Positions 31,879-32,000 of a stretch of 32,000 nt of DNA are shown in pieces. Source of the DNA: Ruminococcus albus 7 = DSM 20455 (lineage in GTDB: Bacteria; Bacillota; Clostridia; Oscillospirales; Ruminococcaceae); NCBI RefSeq assembly GCF_000179635.2, contig NC_014825.1, positions 270,001-302,000 on the forward strand, written 5' to 3'. The notes beneath the pieces are model-generated. The model worked only from the letters and a program-made list of their open reading frames with translations, was not told the origin of the DNA and did not search any database. Position 1 is the first letter of the stretch; each line of letters opens with the position of its first letter. The position numbers and the translations under genes are program-made.

Positions 31879-32000
31879 CCTGGGGTGACCGTCAGAGGTG
31901 GGTGCTACATAGCTTTCTACCTCTACTGCCTTTTCTACGGGCACCTTCAGTGCAGGCACCTGACCTTCCACCTTCTTCACGCTCTTAGCGTCGTCCTTGG

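Overview
The window looks like a Clostridia-type plasmid or integrated mobilizable element, judging by AGGAGG-type SD sites, frequent GTG/TTG starts and the gene families present. It is transcribed almost entirely on the minus strand. (1) 1-7300 is a plasmid-like backbone. It holds a CHC2 zinc-finger primase-like gene, a cargo STAND (NB-ARC-like) NTPase with TPR-like repeats, and a MobC plus MobA/VirD2-type relaxase module with a second gene nested out of frame in the relaxase 3' end. It also holds a hairpin-rich putative oriT leader and a type II ParM/ParR-like partition cassette with an iteron-type centromere. (2) 7304-10323 is a complete IS66-family element (tnpA-tnpB-tnpC plus an extra passenger ORF). 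It has 8-bp target duplications and sits in a terminator hairpin. (3) 10435-26968 is the most unusual block, a six-gene minus-strand operon. Five of its genes encode 26-40 kDa proteins with N-terminal hydrophobic anchors. Four of these carry a TasA/camelysin (SipW-type)-like signal motif, and two are paralogs. The sixth encodes a 3750-aa secreted GLUG-motif giant protein. No signal peptidase, sortase, LPXTG, ATPase or usher gene accompanies them. I propose a mobile, undescribed TasA-like fibre/adhesin system. (4) 27109-29862 is a MacAB-like efflux operon whose permease gene lacks its FtsX half. (5) 30211-31059 is a replisome-organizer-like gene preceded by the same palindrome found upstream of the primase gene. 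It is followed by 2.5 copies of a 92-bp tandem repeat, a bidirectional terminator and a P-II nitrogen regulator gene. All functional calls rest on motif recognition by eye. No searches were run.
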